Notes: generated from the letters alone by a model not told the origin. Positions 36,388 to 51,180 are shown, counted from the stretch's first letter. The stretch is DNA of 64,000 nt from Octopus sinensis (GCF_006345805.1 NC_043000.1:14632001-14696000), one strand, 5' to 3'. Numbers and translations are program-made.

Positions 36388-38760
36388 CATGCATACGACG
36401 AGCTTCTTTCAGTTTCCGTCTACCAAATCCACTCACAAGGCTTTGGTCAGCCTGAGGCTATAGTAGAAGACACTTACCCATGATGCCATGCAGTGGGACT
36501 GAACCTGGAACCATGTGGTTGGTAAGCAATGGTTTCAGAGCTGTATAGAGGAGTGGATACAACAGTTACAATATACACCATGACTTTGGTTCTTCTTTGA
36601 CAAAATGTTGCATTGGCACATTTTTATCCTATGTTCGATTTCCTCATCTATATCTGTATTCTATAATAGGTAACGATCCAGATAATAGAAGTACTCTACG
36701 TTTCCCATCATCAGTCTTTGCATCCAAATTACAGGATCAAATTCCTCCTTATTTTGTGTTTGTTGGGGTAAGATCTTTCTTGGGAGGTAGTCAAGCTCTC
36801 ATGTATCAGGGAATTTCAGTAATTGGATTAAGTTCTTTTGCTGAAGTCATATCAACTGTGGACCATATGTGTATTGAAGTTCAATTGTTGATATAGCTGT
36901 AATCTTTTTTGACATGGCGTCTACCTGACTTGATTAGCTGGCCAGGTGAAAGTTTACTCATGGTGAACTTGAGCATATATGAGATGAAGGTGAAAAAAGA
37001 TTGGAGAGGCAGTTATGCGTTCTTGCCACACTTCAATTCTCTCTCCAAACTGATCTAGTGTGAAAGGCTGGTACCACACTTTGGCTTTCGTGTTATGTGG
37101 AAACCATATGATTGCCATGAATGTTTATGGAAAACCAAATTTGGTTAGCGCTTTCCACAGAGCTTCAGGATTTACAGAACCAAGTGTACTAGTTAGGTCA
37201 AAGGAAGCCATACACACTGGTTTATGCTGCTTATAACATTTCTTCTGTATCTGGCCAACTACAGATCATATCAATATTGCCTTTGGAAAGTTTATATCCA
37301 GAATTGGATTCATAAAGGAGAGTCTCTTAGAGTGGAAGGATTCAGTTAAATAAGATTTTCACCAGAATATTTCTCCCAGCAGGTTTGGCACAACCTGATC
37401 TCTCTATCCTTCTCTCTCTCTCTCTCTCTCAGGTGGTGATACTGATTGTTTCTGAAATCAGGTGGTCTCTTCTTGTGTCCAGTTTAGCAGAAACAAAGCA
37501 TGAAGCTTTCCTTTCTCTTTTTTTCTTTTTTTGTTATTTGTATTTCACAAGCCTTCTGCTCCCAGTTGCCTTGCTTTTTAGAGAACTGATTTCATGTTTT
37601 TTTTTTCTTTCTTTCTGTTTTTTTTTTTTGGCAGTGCCAGAGGACTTGCTACTTCTAATTGTTTTGAATGCTTTCCTTCCTTTCCCAAAGTAGAGGAGGC
37701 AATAGCTATACATTAAGCATGTCTTTCCTGCCATCACCAAAAGAAACATATCTGTTATGTAATAATGTATGTATATCCAGAGCAAATCACCTCGTTCACA
37801 CATCCAGAGGATATATCGTTTATTCAGACAATGTATCTGGAGCTACATTCATCATCATCATCATCGTTTAATGTCCGTTCTCCATGCTAGCATGGGTTGG
37901 ACGGTTCGACCAGGGATCTGGGAAGCCAGAAGGCTGCACCAGGCTCCGGTATTATCTGGCAATGTTTCTACAGCTGGATGCCCTTCCTAACGCCAACCAC
38001 TCCGAGAGTGTAGAGGGTGCTTTTTACGTGCCACCTGCACTGGAGCCAGGCGAGGCTGGCATCGGCCACGGTCGCATTGGTGCATTTTACGTGCCACCTG
38101 CACGGAAGCCAGTCGAGGCGGCACTGGCTTCGGCCATGATTCGGATGGTGCTTTTTACGTGCCACCGACACGGAAGCCAGTCGAGGCGGCGCTGGTATCG
38201 GCCTTGATTCGGATAGTGCTTTTTACATGTCTCCAGTCCAGGGGTCCTGGCATCTGCCAGGTGCCAGTCATAGGATTGGTTCAATTTCGATTCCGATTTC
38301 GATTTCTACTTATATAAATTCATTCAGCTATACCTCTGCCTTTACAAATCGAGTCTTTTAAGGCCATTGATTTCTAGTAGGATTTGAACTTATTGCTGTT
38401 AAAAGATTTGTTGTCAGCTTTTTCTTAAAATTTCATTTGTGTGTGTCTATGATGCTAGTGATGTCTGAGATGTAATTATTGTTGGAGAGTGTTTCCAAAT
38501 TTCTCTTTCACTTTTCACTACATCACTCACCTTTTCTCAAGTGGTACCACAAAGGTCAGTAAGAGAACTTCTTGTCACTTAACATGTTCAATGTAGCAAC
38601 ACAACGGCCTTAAGTATCTCTCCATCTTTCAAATGGAGGCCACATGTATCAATTTATGAAATTAAGACAATGTCAGGAAAATTTGACTCAAACTAATTCT
38701 TTGGATAGTTTGAGCATCTTATATCTGACATAGTAACTGTGTTCTTCTCTTTACTCCAGT
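35730..38760 (-). mobile_element. Ancient RTE (BovB-like) LINE, heavily degraded, split by SINE-A (36195-36530) and SINE-C (37850-38310)
   Basis: Colinear motifs QIQKKCYKQHKPVCMASFDLT..LWKALTKFGFP, NVEYFYYL..DIDEEIEHRI, TKVMVY..PLYSSET, YHQRCLKKIL, LQWTDHVVQM, QRKCFKD. Confidence 0.8.
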
Positions 38761-38811
38761 AGACAAAAGCAAGTAATATGCACTGCTTAAGTACCTAATT
38801 CTGAAACTAGT

Positions 38812-39178
38812 TACCTCCAATTTAGGGAAGGTAGAGGTATTGTTTTCAGTCGCGTTTGTTTGTTGGTCCATGGACAAGATGTCTCATGAGCTGCTGGACG
38901 GATTCCGATGAACCTTTCAGGGATGTTTGACCTCGTGACTGGCACAAACTAATTAGATTTTGGGATCGATCTGGTACCGGATAAGGATTCTGGATTGTTT
39001 TCCCATTTTTTTTTTACCTAACTTTTGATAGTGGCCAGGTTCATTTTTAGTATTCTTGTTTGTGAGAGCAGTTGAGTTTATTTCAGATATTCCCATTTTA
39101 AAAGTCATCTCTGGGTAATCATTGTGAGGATGTAGGTGTTGCCTTGGCAGAGGTTTGCGCTCTTAGAGTGCTCTTGTT
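38812..39178 (+). mobile_element. Helentron-associated (HINE/DINE-1-like) element
   Basis: TTACCTCC start, (GTTT)n tract, 3' CCTTGGCAGAGGT subterminal inverted repeat followed by GCGCTCTTAGAGTGC hairpin. Confidence 0.65.
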
Positions 39179-39683
39179 ACCATTGCATTACATACTTAAA
39201 AAATTATTTATATATAAAAAAAAACAACAACAAAAATCCACTTGAAAAGATTATTGATTCAGACCTGAAACTTTAACTATATTAATATAACAAAGCCTAT
39301 TTAGACTCAGAGAAATAAACTAGAAATAACATGACTTGACTCAGTTCTGGATTTTAACTTAATTCTTTTCAGCTGAGTGTAACTATATTTATGCGTGTGT
39401 GGGAGAGATCATCCAATGTGTTAGAATGGCACTTGTAAGAGATGAATTTGAATGGAATAGTTTAGCAAAAAAATGTTTAAATGCTAAAGGGTTAGCATTT
39501 AAACTGACCATCTCTGGTCAGAATATTCTCTTGTTTTATGTTCAAACTGACCAGATTTGACCTCTTTCACCAACCTTAGAATATCATTCTTAAAATTAAG
39601 TTGCATCATCAAAATCTCAAAGCTACAAAATAATGTATGATTAATTCCAAAACAGTATGAATGTTAAAAGGTTAATACATATA

Positions 39684-40071
39684 GGCGCAGGAGTGGCTGT
39701 GTGGTCAGTAGCTTGCTAACCAACCACATGGTTCCGGGTTCAGTCCCACTGCGTGACATCTTGGGCAAGTGTCTTCTTCTATAGCCTCGGGCCGACCAAT
39801 GCCTTGTGAGTGGATTTGGTAGACGGAAACTGAAAGAAGACTGTCGTATATATCTATATGTATATATATGTATGTGTGTGTTTGTGTTTGTCCCCCTAGC
39901 ATTGCTTGACAACCGATGCTGGTGTGTTTACGTTCCCGTCACTTAGCGGCTCGGCAAAAGAGACCGATAGAATAAGTACTGGGCTTACAAAGAATAAGTC
40001 CCGGGGTCGATTTGCTCGATTAAAGGCGGTGCTCCAGCATGGCCGCAGTCAAATGACTGAAACAAGTAAAG
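39684..40071 (+). mobile_element. SINE family A, full length
   Basis: GGCGCAGGAGTGGCTGTGTGG head; near-identical to the 13181 and 34218 copies. Confidence 0.9.
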
Positions 40072-40672
40072 ATAGATTACTACTATTAGTTTCACTCTTG
40101 AAGAGACGTGTAAAAAGAGGTGAAGTAAAATTTTTGTTCCTTTGCAATAAAAAGGATTAAAGATTAAGATTTTCACTAGCCTGATGTTGGATAAATTGAA
40201 TTTTTTTTTTCCTTTTTGTGTAAGAAAAGTTCACAACAATAGGTTAAATCAAGTTTAATGTGCAAATACAAATTTATTGTGATGACAGGCGATGCTTGTA
40301 CAAGCTTCACTGGAGCACCCTAATTTGTGCCCATAGTTTTGTTTTCTCTTCAATATGTTCTATATATAAACTAGATAGGGCTAGAATTACTTGTAACCCC
40401 CTTGTACTGTCCTCCAGTTGTTACCTTTGCCTTTGTGACCCCACCCCCATCTAATTAGACTGACATAGCAGTGGTTAGAGGTAGTAGTGGCAGAGGGGGA
40501 TCCATTAATGTATTGATTTATTTGTTTTTAGGGGTTGTGTTTAAATTAGACGCCCTTTGGCCTCTTTACCCAACAAAAATAGACAGATTGCCTGGCTAGC
40601 CTTGTTGTTTGTAATTACTGTGGGCTATTTAAAATCCTGACCATGTGTACCTTTTAATGTGTGTTTCTGTGT

Positions 40673-40709
<37 letters not shown>

Positions 40710-40974
40710 TTATGAGTGTAGTGTGTAGGTACCTTAATTTAACATTGTGATTGCAGATGAATTTCATCATCATCAACTATTTTTCTTGGGTAACATGGGT
40801 TGCTTGGGTCTGGAAAAGAAAAGTTCTCTATTTGTTTTATCATATTTTCTCATCTCTGAACCCTAATGTTTTCGGCTCTTACCTAAAGCCACCACCTCCT
40901 AAGTTCTCTTATCTAACTCCACCATGGGCACATTTTTTCCATCAATTCATACATAGTCATCTTTCCTGTTGGTG

Positions 40975-41419
40975 CAGTGGTTCTCAACTGATTTTTCCCT
41001 ATGGATCCCTTTGATGTCTGTTATGTTTTACAGGTCATCCATAGCCATTTGGTGTATAAAAAAAATCCTACCATGTTTTTATTATTAAATATTAGGAATT
41101 GTATAAAAAATTAAAATCTTTTGTGGAAGTATAACCAATTTATTGTACATGAATTTTAACTACAAAATCTTACATGTATCTTGGTTAACCCTTTCATTAC
41201 TGTATCTAGAGATGCTCTGTGTTTCTTTTGATTAATTTTAAATATAATAAAGAATTTAGTAAAATAACTTAGTTATCATTCAGCTAGTGTTAGGAACATA
41301 AATTGGGACTAAGGTTTGGTAAAAGATTTTAATTCAATACTTATGGAAACAAGACATTTGTACTACAGAGCCAGAGCCGGTTCCAGCCAGGCTGGTAACA
41401 AAAGTGTTAAGAACCACTA
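40975..41419. mobile_element. hAT-type MITE with MITE-1 (41189-41406) inserted into its right TIR
   Basis: CAGTGGTTCTCAAC...GG[TTAA-insert-TTAA]GAACCACTA; 8-bp TSD TGTTGGTG/TGTTAGTA. Confidence 0.8.
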
Positions 41420-43845
41420 TGTTAGTATGTTTCTGCCATTGATTCCCAAATCAACTCTGATCAAGCAAACCTGATGGTCATGAGCATCCCAGCTGTGACC
41501 ATCCTCATCAAATTTTATTTATTTATTTTCCTGATATAATACCTCTCCATCTACATTATCTAATGTACCTTTCCTTCTTTACTTTTTGAAGATGGGGTGG
41601 TGATGGTGGTGGTGGTTTGATTTGAAGGTGATTTTGCTGCTATCTTTAGCAGATCTCATTCATGTGTGTGTGCATGGTTAAGTAATATTATATCATCTCT
41701 TGAACTATAAATACATTTCATTTTAGGGCATCCAGCTGTAGAAACTCTGCCAGATCAGATTGGAACCTGGTGCAGCCATCTCGTTCACCAGACCTCAGTC
41801 AAATCGTCCAACCCATGCTAGCATTGAAAGCGGACGTTAAACGATGATGATATAACCCTAGATATAAATAGGTACCATTGTAGGTGCATTAGCTGAGGGA
41901 ACATTGTATAATTGAGTTGTTAACTTACTGTCCCCAACTGCAAAGCCTCTTATGGCTGTAATTTAGGGTATGATGGGCACTGCCTATAGTTGATTTGTTT
42001 ATGAAGACAGGACCTTCAGTAGCACCCATATGACTTAATGGTTTTGTGGTCTTAACCACATTATGAGTAAAACTTAACCTTACAGCATACTCAGTCAGTG
42101 GGTTGTATTTGTCATCTTATTCATATTTCTCCATGCAGTCCTTTAAAAGTCAAGTGGCCAAGTATTGGGTACAAATTAATAGCTTCAGTTCAGTTCCACT
42201 GAACGTTTTGAGTGTTTGGTCAAGTACATTTAAATACTACATAGGTCTGTTCTTTCATTGTCAAGAATGGACGTCAGATCTTTTGGTGGGTTCAGGGATT
42301 TATCTTTCACTTAACTGACTTGATATCATGAAAATAGAGCTGAGCACTGGCCCTTCATGGCTGATAGGGTTGGTATGAGACATTTTAGTACAGCTGTTTT
42401 GGCATCACTAATTCAATACTAACTCGGTTCACATCAGATGCTGTAATGTTTTTCTTGTTCTCTCCCTCTGTTTGTGAGAGTGTATTTGGGGTGGTGATGG
42501 TGTTGGGAAAGTGTTTATGCCAATTGTATTCAATTAATAAATTGTAACTCTCCCTCCATCCCTCCCTCTGCTTTCTTTTTTCTCTCTTTCTTTCTCCCCG
42601 CCCCCACCTCTCTATTCATGAAGCATCTAGTTATGTTTGTATGTGTAATGTCTCTCTCTCCATCTCACGCTCTTATATCAGAACTCGTGTATTTCTGTGT
42701 GTGCGTGCATGTTTGCCTTCAGTGCCAAAAAATACTGTTGCCAAAACAGACTGAATGTCCAGTCAGCCGTGCCCAGCCTGGGGGCAGTTTACATTTTAAC
42801 TTGTCCCACCATCTTTTGATGAGGCCTATTACTTCTGTTTGTTACATCCAGAGAATGTATGTTTATAGATGCGAGAACAGCTGTGTGCTATTGAAGGGAT
42901 GTGTAGAGAATGTTTATTTTGTTGATGTTTTTGTATTATCTTCCACAACTCTCCTCCATTGTCAGGTGTAGGTATGGTGAGTCATAGTTCTTCTCAATAT
43001 CTCCCCACCCTCACCAATAGAACTCTCATCTATTGTAAGGTGTAAGTATGGTGGTTCTAGAAGAACTTCTCTCAATATTTCTTCACTGTTAACTGTCAGA
43101 TACTCATCTATTTATAGGTATGGTAGCTCCACTGTTCCTCTTGATATCTTCTATACTTAGCAGCAGTGGGAAGTGTGTGTATGTGTCTGTGTGTGTATAA
43201 AGTATCAATTCAGTAGCACATGTAGTTTGTGTGTGTGTGTAATATACCTACCAACCAGCCAACCAACCACATGTAGTATATGTGTAATGTATCAGCTTAG
43301 CAACACATGTAATCCGTGTATGTGTATGTTGTCAATTTGAAGTTGTTCTCCGGTAATAAGATCCAAAACTGAGGAAAGCAGCATTTTGTACCTTGGCCAA
43401 AGAGCTCAGAGGAAGATGCCTATTCTCGATTGCATTTGAACTCAACAACTGCAGAGTTGTCAAGGAAAACAAACCATATTATTGTCTCTACACACATTTT
43501 GTTAATTAGCTCAATGTTCACATAGTTGACATTCCTCCAAACTGTGTTGAACAATAAATGTTGGACTTTTATCATATCTACCATTTCATTGTAGATACTG
43601 ATACACACATACTTACACATCTGAAGGGACACAAAGTCTATAGCTTCAGCATTCCCTACTTCACCTCCACCAGACTTGCAACTTTGAATAATTTAGTGTA
43701 GGTCATATAGTAGTTGTTGTTTAATCTCATGTCAGACTTACTTGAGCAAGACCTATGATCAAAAGTATTCTAGCTGCGACTATTCGTTCCCCACCTCACC
43801 CTTTTTTTTTTAAGGAGTTCTTGAAATGTGTCCACTCTGTTTTAA

Positions 43846-44066
43846 CCCTTTCATTACTGTATTTATTTTGAGATGCTCTGTGTTTCTTTCAATTACTTCA
43901 AATGTAACAAAGAACTTAGTAAAGTAACTTAGTTATCATTCAGCTAGTGTTAGGAACATAAATTGTGACTAAGGTTTGGTAAAAGATTTTAATTCAAAAC
44001 TTATGAAAACAAGACATTTGTATGATGGAGTCAGAGTTGGTTTCAGCTGGGTTGGTATTGAAAGGG
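43846..44066. mobile_element. TTAA-flanked MITE family 1 (piggyBac-type), inside a family E repeat
   Basis: TTAA-CCCTTTCATTAC...GTATTGAAAGGG-TTAA. Confidence 0.9.
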
Positions 44067-45642
44067 TTAAAACAGTAGGCTGTGATGTGAGGAAGATTGG
44101 GCTGCTATTCTTTTCAAATCAAGCAACTATGTAGAGGCTCCTTTGTTAGTTTGTAGATGAAAGAAGGAAAATGTGAGCAAGGTGATACAGTTATTGAAAG
44201 GAACGATTCTGGACAAAACTAAAAGGAAAGGTTAAGAACGAGACAGTCAGAGTGATGAGAAGCGAGGTGAATGGTTCATATTTCATTTGGGTAAGAACAG
44301 TGTCGAATGGGATAGTTTTAGTGTAGTAGGCAACACATAAGCCACATAATTGTGCATATAGGTATGTGTGATCTGACAGCCCATTTATATAGGTATGTGG
44401 AGCATGGGTGGTTTCATCCTAGCTACATATAATTTATATATTACTTCTTTATGTAGAATCATGCATAAAGACAATTAGACGGTAACTGAAAGCTCACTCA
44501 AAATATATCAATTTTATTTTTATAAGGGAAACATTGATAGTGACTTCAAAGTCACAACATTGTATGTGTACAATGCTTAATGCAGGGGTAATGAGGAATC
44601 TTTAATACAGTAATGATTTATATTATCAATAAATATTTTAGTACTTTTCGAGATTAAGTTCAAGTCCTGTACATGTGTGTGGCGTGGAGAAGTGACTACA
44701 CAATATTTAATGAATTACTTCTTATCTGTAAACACACACTCTAGTTGAAATCTTCCTCTCTGCAGAGTTTGATGCTCAACATGTCTTAGAATTCTACATG
44801 TTGTAACTTGTAAGTTCTGTGTGCTGTAGTCCTATCATTGCTGTAATTGACAAGCTCATTTATGATTTTTTTTACTAGTTTGTTTAATATGTTACTATCT
44901 GCTACTGCAGGGTAAATTTCTGTACTAAACACATTGCTAAACTAGCCACTGTCTCATACATGGTTTATTGTATTTGATGGCATAAATGATGTCACTTTGG
45001 TGGCACATATTCAGGAATAGAAGTTTTTAGTGCATTAAAATATGTAATATAGGCCCAGTTTCGCATATAGAACCTAGAGTAATTGTTTTCAAGACATCAA
45101 TTTAGAAAAAAAGTGTCTTATGTGCCATCAAATATGGTTCTAGAATTCTTTGGCTACAAGTTGGCCCTTATTGTGCAGGCCTAAGATCAAAGGTATTCCA
45201 ACCATGACTATTGTCATTACACAGATATTTGTATCCAGAGTAACATTCAATGCTTATTTAGTTTGAGGATGGCACAATGGTTTCAGGGAGATTTGGTTAA
45301 GCGGCTTCGTTTTTTGATTCATCATCATCATCAAACATCTGTTTTCCATGCTGTCATACGTTGGACCAGCTAGCAGGAGTTGATTAGATTACAAATAAGT
45401 AAACAGGCTTTGTTGATATGGAAAGTTATTTCCAGCTTACATAACATCTTAATTTCTTTCTGGTAAATTGCTGCTACATTACTGAAATTGTCGTCTAGTT
45501 TTTATTACCTTTTACCTCCTTCAACTAAAGTTTTCAATTCAGATTGTCACTAGATCTATCTTATATATCATCATTAGTTTTAAGTTATGGCTTTTTATTT
45601 TGTGAGTGCACTGTTTAAACTAATAGCATTTCTCTAATTTAA

Positions 45643-45992
45643 CCTACACTCGCCTCCTTATGAGAGCTCAAAATCTCTCGTGGAAGCGCCATCCAACCAA
45701 AATGCAAATATATGGGAAACTACCACCTGTGTCATCTCTTGTGAAAGGTAGGAGAGTCCAGTTTGCTGGACATTGTTGTAGAGCTGAAAAAGAAGTAATT
45801 TCTACTCTTCTCCTCTGGAAGCCATCTACTCGCAATACCAGAGGGCGCACACTCTCCTACCCTGATGTAATCTCCAGGGATACAGGCATCCAGCAACAGG
45901 ACCTCCGTAATGCCATGATGGACCGTGAAATCTGGCGTAGCATGGTAAATTCCATTGTCTCGACCACGGTCGAACAATGATGATGATGATGA
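45643..45992 (+). mobile_element. Young 5'-truncated RTE LINE (open ORF2 C-terminus plus (TGA)n tail)
   Basis: TRLLMRAQNLSWKRHPT..YG.LPPVS...RRVQFAGHC.R...LLWKP...RGR; uninterrupted 106-aa ORF. Confidence 0.85.
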
Positions 45993-47405
45993 TTAAACAT
46001 TTCACTGTGGCATCTCTGTAACTTCAACAAAGTCAGATTTGATCAGCTTATCCTCATTGCTCAATTCATCTTCATCATCACCTTACTAGAATTCTCTTTG
46101 TATACTATGTCTGAACTACAAACCTGTTTGCTATATTTGGTGATGACTTCAGAAAATTATCGTCTTTAGAGTAATTATAGTTGTTGTGGCAACAGGTTTA
46201 ACGATATTATCTCAAATGAAAACTCTGAAATGGTCTTTCAAGGACAATAGATGGAATAGCAAATTGGACAGAGTGGACACTACATCTAGAAAAATGAAGG
46301 AAGGGAAGACCATGCAGAAGTTGGAATGAAGACTTTGTTAAATTCTTTGGCACCTAAATATGGATGAGGAAAACATCAGACTGGTTGGTGGAGAGAAAAT
46401 GCTAACATGCTGATTGCTTCATCCAGCAGTGGACTGAACATGTGCAAGGATGATCTACCTTGCATAAAGCCATTACATAACATAATTGTTGTTTAACCCC
46501 AGGTCAAATCTGTGCACAGAGAGTTCCATCTAGGATAATCCCATCTTTTATTAAAATGTAGAATTATATTATCCCTGCAACTTTTTTTGTTAATTCTGTT
46601 GTTAGAAGTATTTGAGGGTGATTTGATTGCTATTTCTGATTGGTTAAGTGAGCAGTCATGGGTAATAGTCAGCCTGTAGAAGTTTCTGAATGACATACCT
46701 AATGAAAATTACCTTCTCTTTTTTACTGGTGGAGCTCACCTGATGATAAGCTATGTCTCACGTGGCCCACTTCTTGAAAAATGTTGCCCATGCCTGATAT
46801 AGAGTCTCCCTCATTGGTTGAAGTGATTTTCGGTTTTAGTTGTGACCAGCAAAGTGTTTTTTGATCATTTCTATAGTGTCCTATTGGTTGTCCTTTGTGG
46901 AATTTAAAGTCCAGAGATGTGAGCCTCCAGCTATTTTAACATCCTGTGGTATGTAGATGCCAATATTTTATAGACTTTGTTAAACAAACTGTTTTTGCTA
47001 ATAATAATCCAGTTTTATTACTATCTGGTTTGTTATAAAATTCCTCTGTATAATTTTTGCTGTTTGAAGTTCTTTTAAAAGACTTGTTTGTGAAATAGTT
47101 GTTTCTCTTCATAGTTTTTATATTTCTTAAGTGGTTTGTAAGAGTTAGCACATTGGAACATGATCTGTCAAAAGCCATTAGACACTAAAAATTTATGGCC
47201 TAATGAAGTGTAGTAGATGGGATGCGAGCTTGCCTTGGACTCCCAAGTTGAAGCTCACAAGTTCAACCTACAAGTTTTACTCTAAAAATATCAATAGTCT
47301 TAGTTCAGCCACTGGACTTCTGCCATGTTGGGGCACTGCTTTCAAGGGTTTAGTTGACCAAATCATTTCTAGTATTTATTCTAACAGTCATTTTTGTATG
47401 TGTGT

Positions 47406-47452
<47 letters not shown>

Positions 47453-48073
47453 TTATATATATATATATAACTCTGTTGGTTATGACTACGAGGGTCCCAT
47501 GAAGTTAATGTGCAAGTGGCTGAACACTCCACAGACACGTGTACCTTTAATGTAGTTCTCAGGGAGATTCAGCGTGACACAGTGTGACAAGGCTGGCCCT
47601 TTGAAATACAGGTACTACTCATTTTTGTTGGCTGAGCAGACTGGAGCAACGTGAAATAAAGTGTCTTGCTCAAGGACAGAATGCGGCGCTGGGAATTGAA
47701 CTCACAACCTTACAATCATGAGCGGAATGGCCTAACCAAGCCACACACACCTACACATATGCACAACAAGCTTCCATACTCTTTCTATCTACTAAATTGA
47801 TATGGCTTGTTTAAATGGTAAAGGATTAACCAAGATCATGAAAGACCATCATCAGTAAACTCTGAGGACTTCACAGAATCTTTCTCATTTTATCATAAAC
47901 ATTTCTATGTATTTGTTAGTGTGTGGCTAAGGTTTTGGGCTCATGTGCATAAGATCATTCGTTTAATTAAGTCTGGTATTTATTCTTTTAGCTAAACTGC
48001 TAAGTTATGGGGATATAAACAAACCAACACCAGACAAGTGCTGGGGAGGCACCTCAAAGCACACATGCAAACA

Positions 48074-48104
<31 letters not shown>

Positions 48105-48278
48105 GGCTGTCTTCCATACAGTTTCCTTCTACCAATTTTACTCAGAAGGCATTGGTTAATCCTGGCTATAGAAGACATTTCTCCAAGTTGCTGTGTGGTG
48201 GGACTGAACCTGAAACACCATGTTGTTACAATGCCAGCTTCTTAACAGTACACCCACGCCCGCAACTGAAGCATTTGC

Positions 48279-48322
<44 letters not shown>

Positions 48323-48976
48323 GTTATGTCTTTTTGATGATGTCTGTGAGGTTGGTATTAATTGCTTTTGAATCTCCTTGTTTATTGTCGTCGCTTGTTG
48401 CAGATGCTTTAACCATAGCTCTGCTTGAGTGGGCCAGTCGCATGAGGTTAGCTGACTGAACAAAACATTTAGAACCAATATTTTTGTGTTTTTTTTGGTT
48501 CCTACTACTCTATATTCGTGGGCATTTTGTCCTAATATGTGGTCCCTACACAGTCTTCACTTTGAAGCTGAGGAAAGATTAAGGTGGAGGATGGGAAGCT
48601 TCTATAGGAAGAGACATTTAGTAATAACCTAGTCTGGGAAAATGAAATCTGGTTGTGCTAGAAGTGGCCTCTGGGTGGTTGCAAACCACATTGGTATTTA
48701 GTGCAGGATACTTACAGCTGCATTACTCCATCAAACCAGGACATCATCATCATTTGGCACCCACTTTTCCATGTTTACATGGGTGAAACGGAATTATCTG
48801 AGGCCAGTTTTCTAAGACAGGATGCCCTGCTTGTCACCAACCCTTACCTGTCTCTAAGCAACATATTTTCCCATCACTTAACATGTTTTTTGCAAAAGAC
48901 TGGAAATGAACAACTTCACTCGGATGATGATCATGCTCATTTATAACCATCATGTGATTTTTACACAAGGGTGCAA

Positions 48977-49018
<42 letters not shown>

Positions 49019-51180
49019 GAGAGATTTCTTTCAGTTTTCATCTACCAAATCCCAAATCCACTCACAAGGTTTTGATTAGCCTGTGGCTATAATAGAAGAC
49101 TTGCCTAATGTATCACATTGTAGGACTGAACCCAAAACCATATGATTGGGAAGCAAGCTTAACCACACAGCCATGAATACAACAGGATATAACACTGCAT
49201 CCTCTTAGATATGAGGCACTATCTTTAACCATGAAAGCAGAGAACATGATAATTATTTCCCTTGCATACCATTACCATTAGCCCTTCAGCATTCAGATTA
49301 CTCTGTCAAATATAACACTTATTCACATTGTTTTGATTTAATCTGCATTATCTCATATCTTCGAGATTTCAATGGTGTGATTGTTTACATGTAGAATGAC
49401 ATTGCAGGGTATGTTCGAGAGGCCAGATATGGCTGTTTTAAATGCTAAAGGGTAAAATGACTTGTACTTATTTTACTGACTCTGGAGGGATGAATGGCAA
49501 CCAACCCTGATGGGCTGTTTGAACTTAGAATGAATGTAATGAGATATATTTAAACATTGTATGGTATTTAATGTTATTTGTAATGAAGCTCTGGCAATTA
49601 CAAATGATAATTTGTAAGCCCAGATAAGTACCACCCTAACACCTTAGTGGAGGTGCATGGCTTGGTGGTTAGGGTGTTGGACTCATGATCGTAAGATTGT
49701 GGTTTTGATTCCTGGACTAGGCGATGTGTTATGTTCTTGAGCAAAACACTTCATATCATGTTGCTCCACTCCATTCACCTGGCAAAAATGAGTAATTCTG
49801 TGATGGACCAGTGTCCAATCCAGGTAAGGAATTCATACGCCATGGAAACTTGGAAATCAGCCCTTATGAGTCAGTATGACTTGAAAAGGAGTCTTTACTT
49901 TTTATTTTTATTTTTTTTACTTATTCCTACCTTAACTTATTCTTGCTATAGCAAACAACAATGTACAAGATAGGCAGTGTGTTACATGAATGTAGACATA
50001 TACATATCACTAATAAAGTACGTGAATATTTTTGAGCAATGTTTGGGAAAACTGAAAGAGATCTCATATGTGTGCGTGTGTGTGTGCTTGCACCCTTGTC
50101 TAAACATCACATGATGGTTATAAATGAGCATGATCATCATCCGAGTGAAGTTGTCCAATTCCAGTCTTTTGCGAAAAACATGTCAAGCGATGGGGAAAAT
50201 GTTGCTGGCCTCAAATCAATGTCGCTCTACACCCACTACATCTGTGTTGCTAGCGTCCATGTGGCCTTCCAGGTATCCACTAAGGATCTGCATGTTTCCT
50301 TGAATTTTCTTTGCAACCCACAGTGCTCTTGACAACAAGCATAGCCATTCCAAGAAAGCGAAACGCTTGCATGCACACACTCACACATTACATACAATTT
50401 CCTGAAATTCTGAGTGTGTGTATGTATCTGAATGATAATGGATTAGCATTGAGGAAACCTCACTTGAATGTTGTGTGTGTCACCTTGATTGATGCTGTTT
50501 CCCCATATCCTTTCATCTCCTCACACTAGCTCTTTGTTTGTGTTATTGGTGGTGATGGTAGTAGTAGTAGTAGTGGTGAGAGAGAGGATCTCACTCATCC
50601 TGTCTTCAGAGGCTGTTATCAACAGTTTATGAAAGCAAATATCAAAAACAAAATAAAAACATTTAAAAAAAAAACTCAACAAAACAAAACAAAACAAACA
50701 AATAAACCATACATGCTACATCTGTGTATGAATTAGAGGGAATGTCTTTTTAAGTGGAGGAATTTTAATTGGTAAGCAATCTCTGGGTAACTTCCATTAA
50801 TTTACACCATCCACAACTACACTTCAACCACCTGCCACCACCTTCCAAGTTGGTATTTTGAGATTAAAGCTTTAGATAAGTGTAGATTGTGATGATTTTT
50901 TTTTATTTTGATTTTTGTTTTTCATTTGTTAGTTTATTTCTGTTAATTGGAAGATAAAAGGTGGGGGTGGAGTGTGTGCTGGGGTTTGAATATGAACACC
51001 TTTTACTACATTAAGTGCTAATGATGATGAACCCAATAGTACAGTCTCTATTGGTAAATAGGTGAGGGTACTATGTCCTTTGTTAAGTAAAATTATGGGT
51101 CACTATAAGACTGTCATGTTGGCTGTTAGATATCTTTAAAAAAGAGGAAGTGTGGGGAACATGATAAGCAGGAGGAGGGT

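Noticed and set aside
40270-40470. C/D snoRNA (GTGATGA at ~40278)
   Set aside because: No suitably spaced CTGA D box or terminal stem
48415-48475. Degenerate HHR-like fold (CAGTC/GACTG stem) in a TA-adjacent repeat
   Set aside because: Both core segments deviate from consensus; not supportable from one copy
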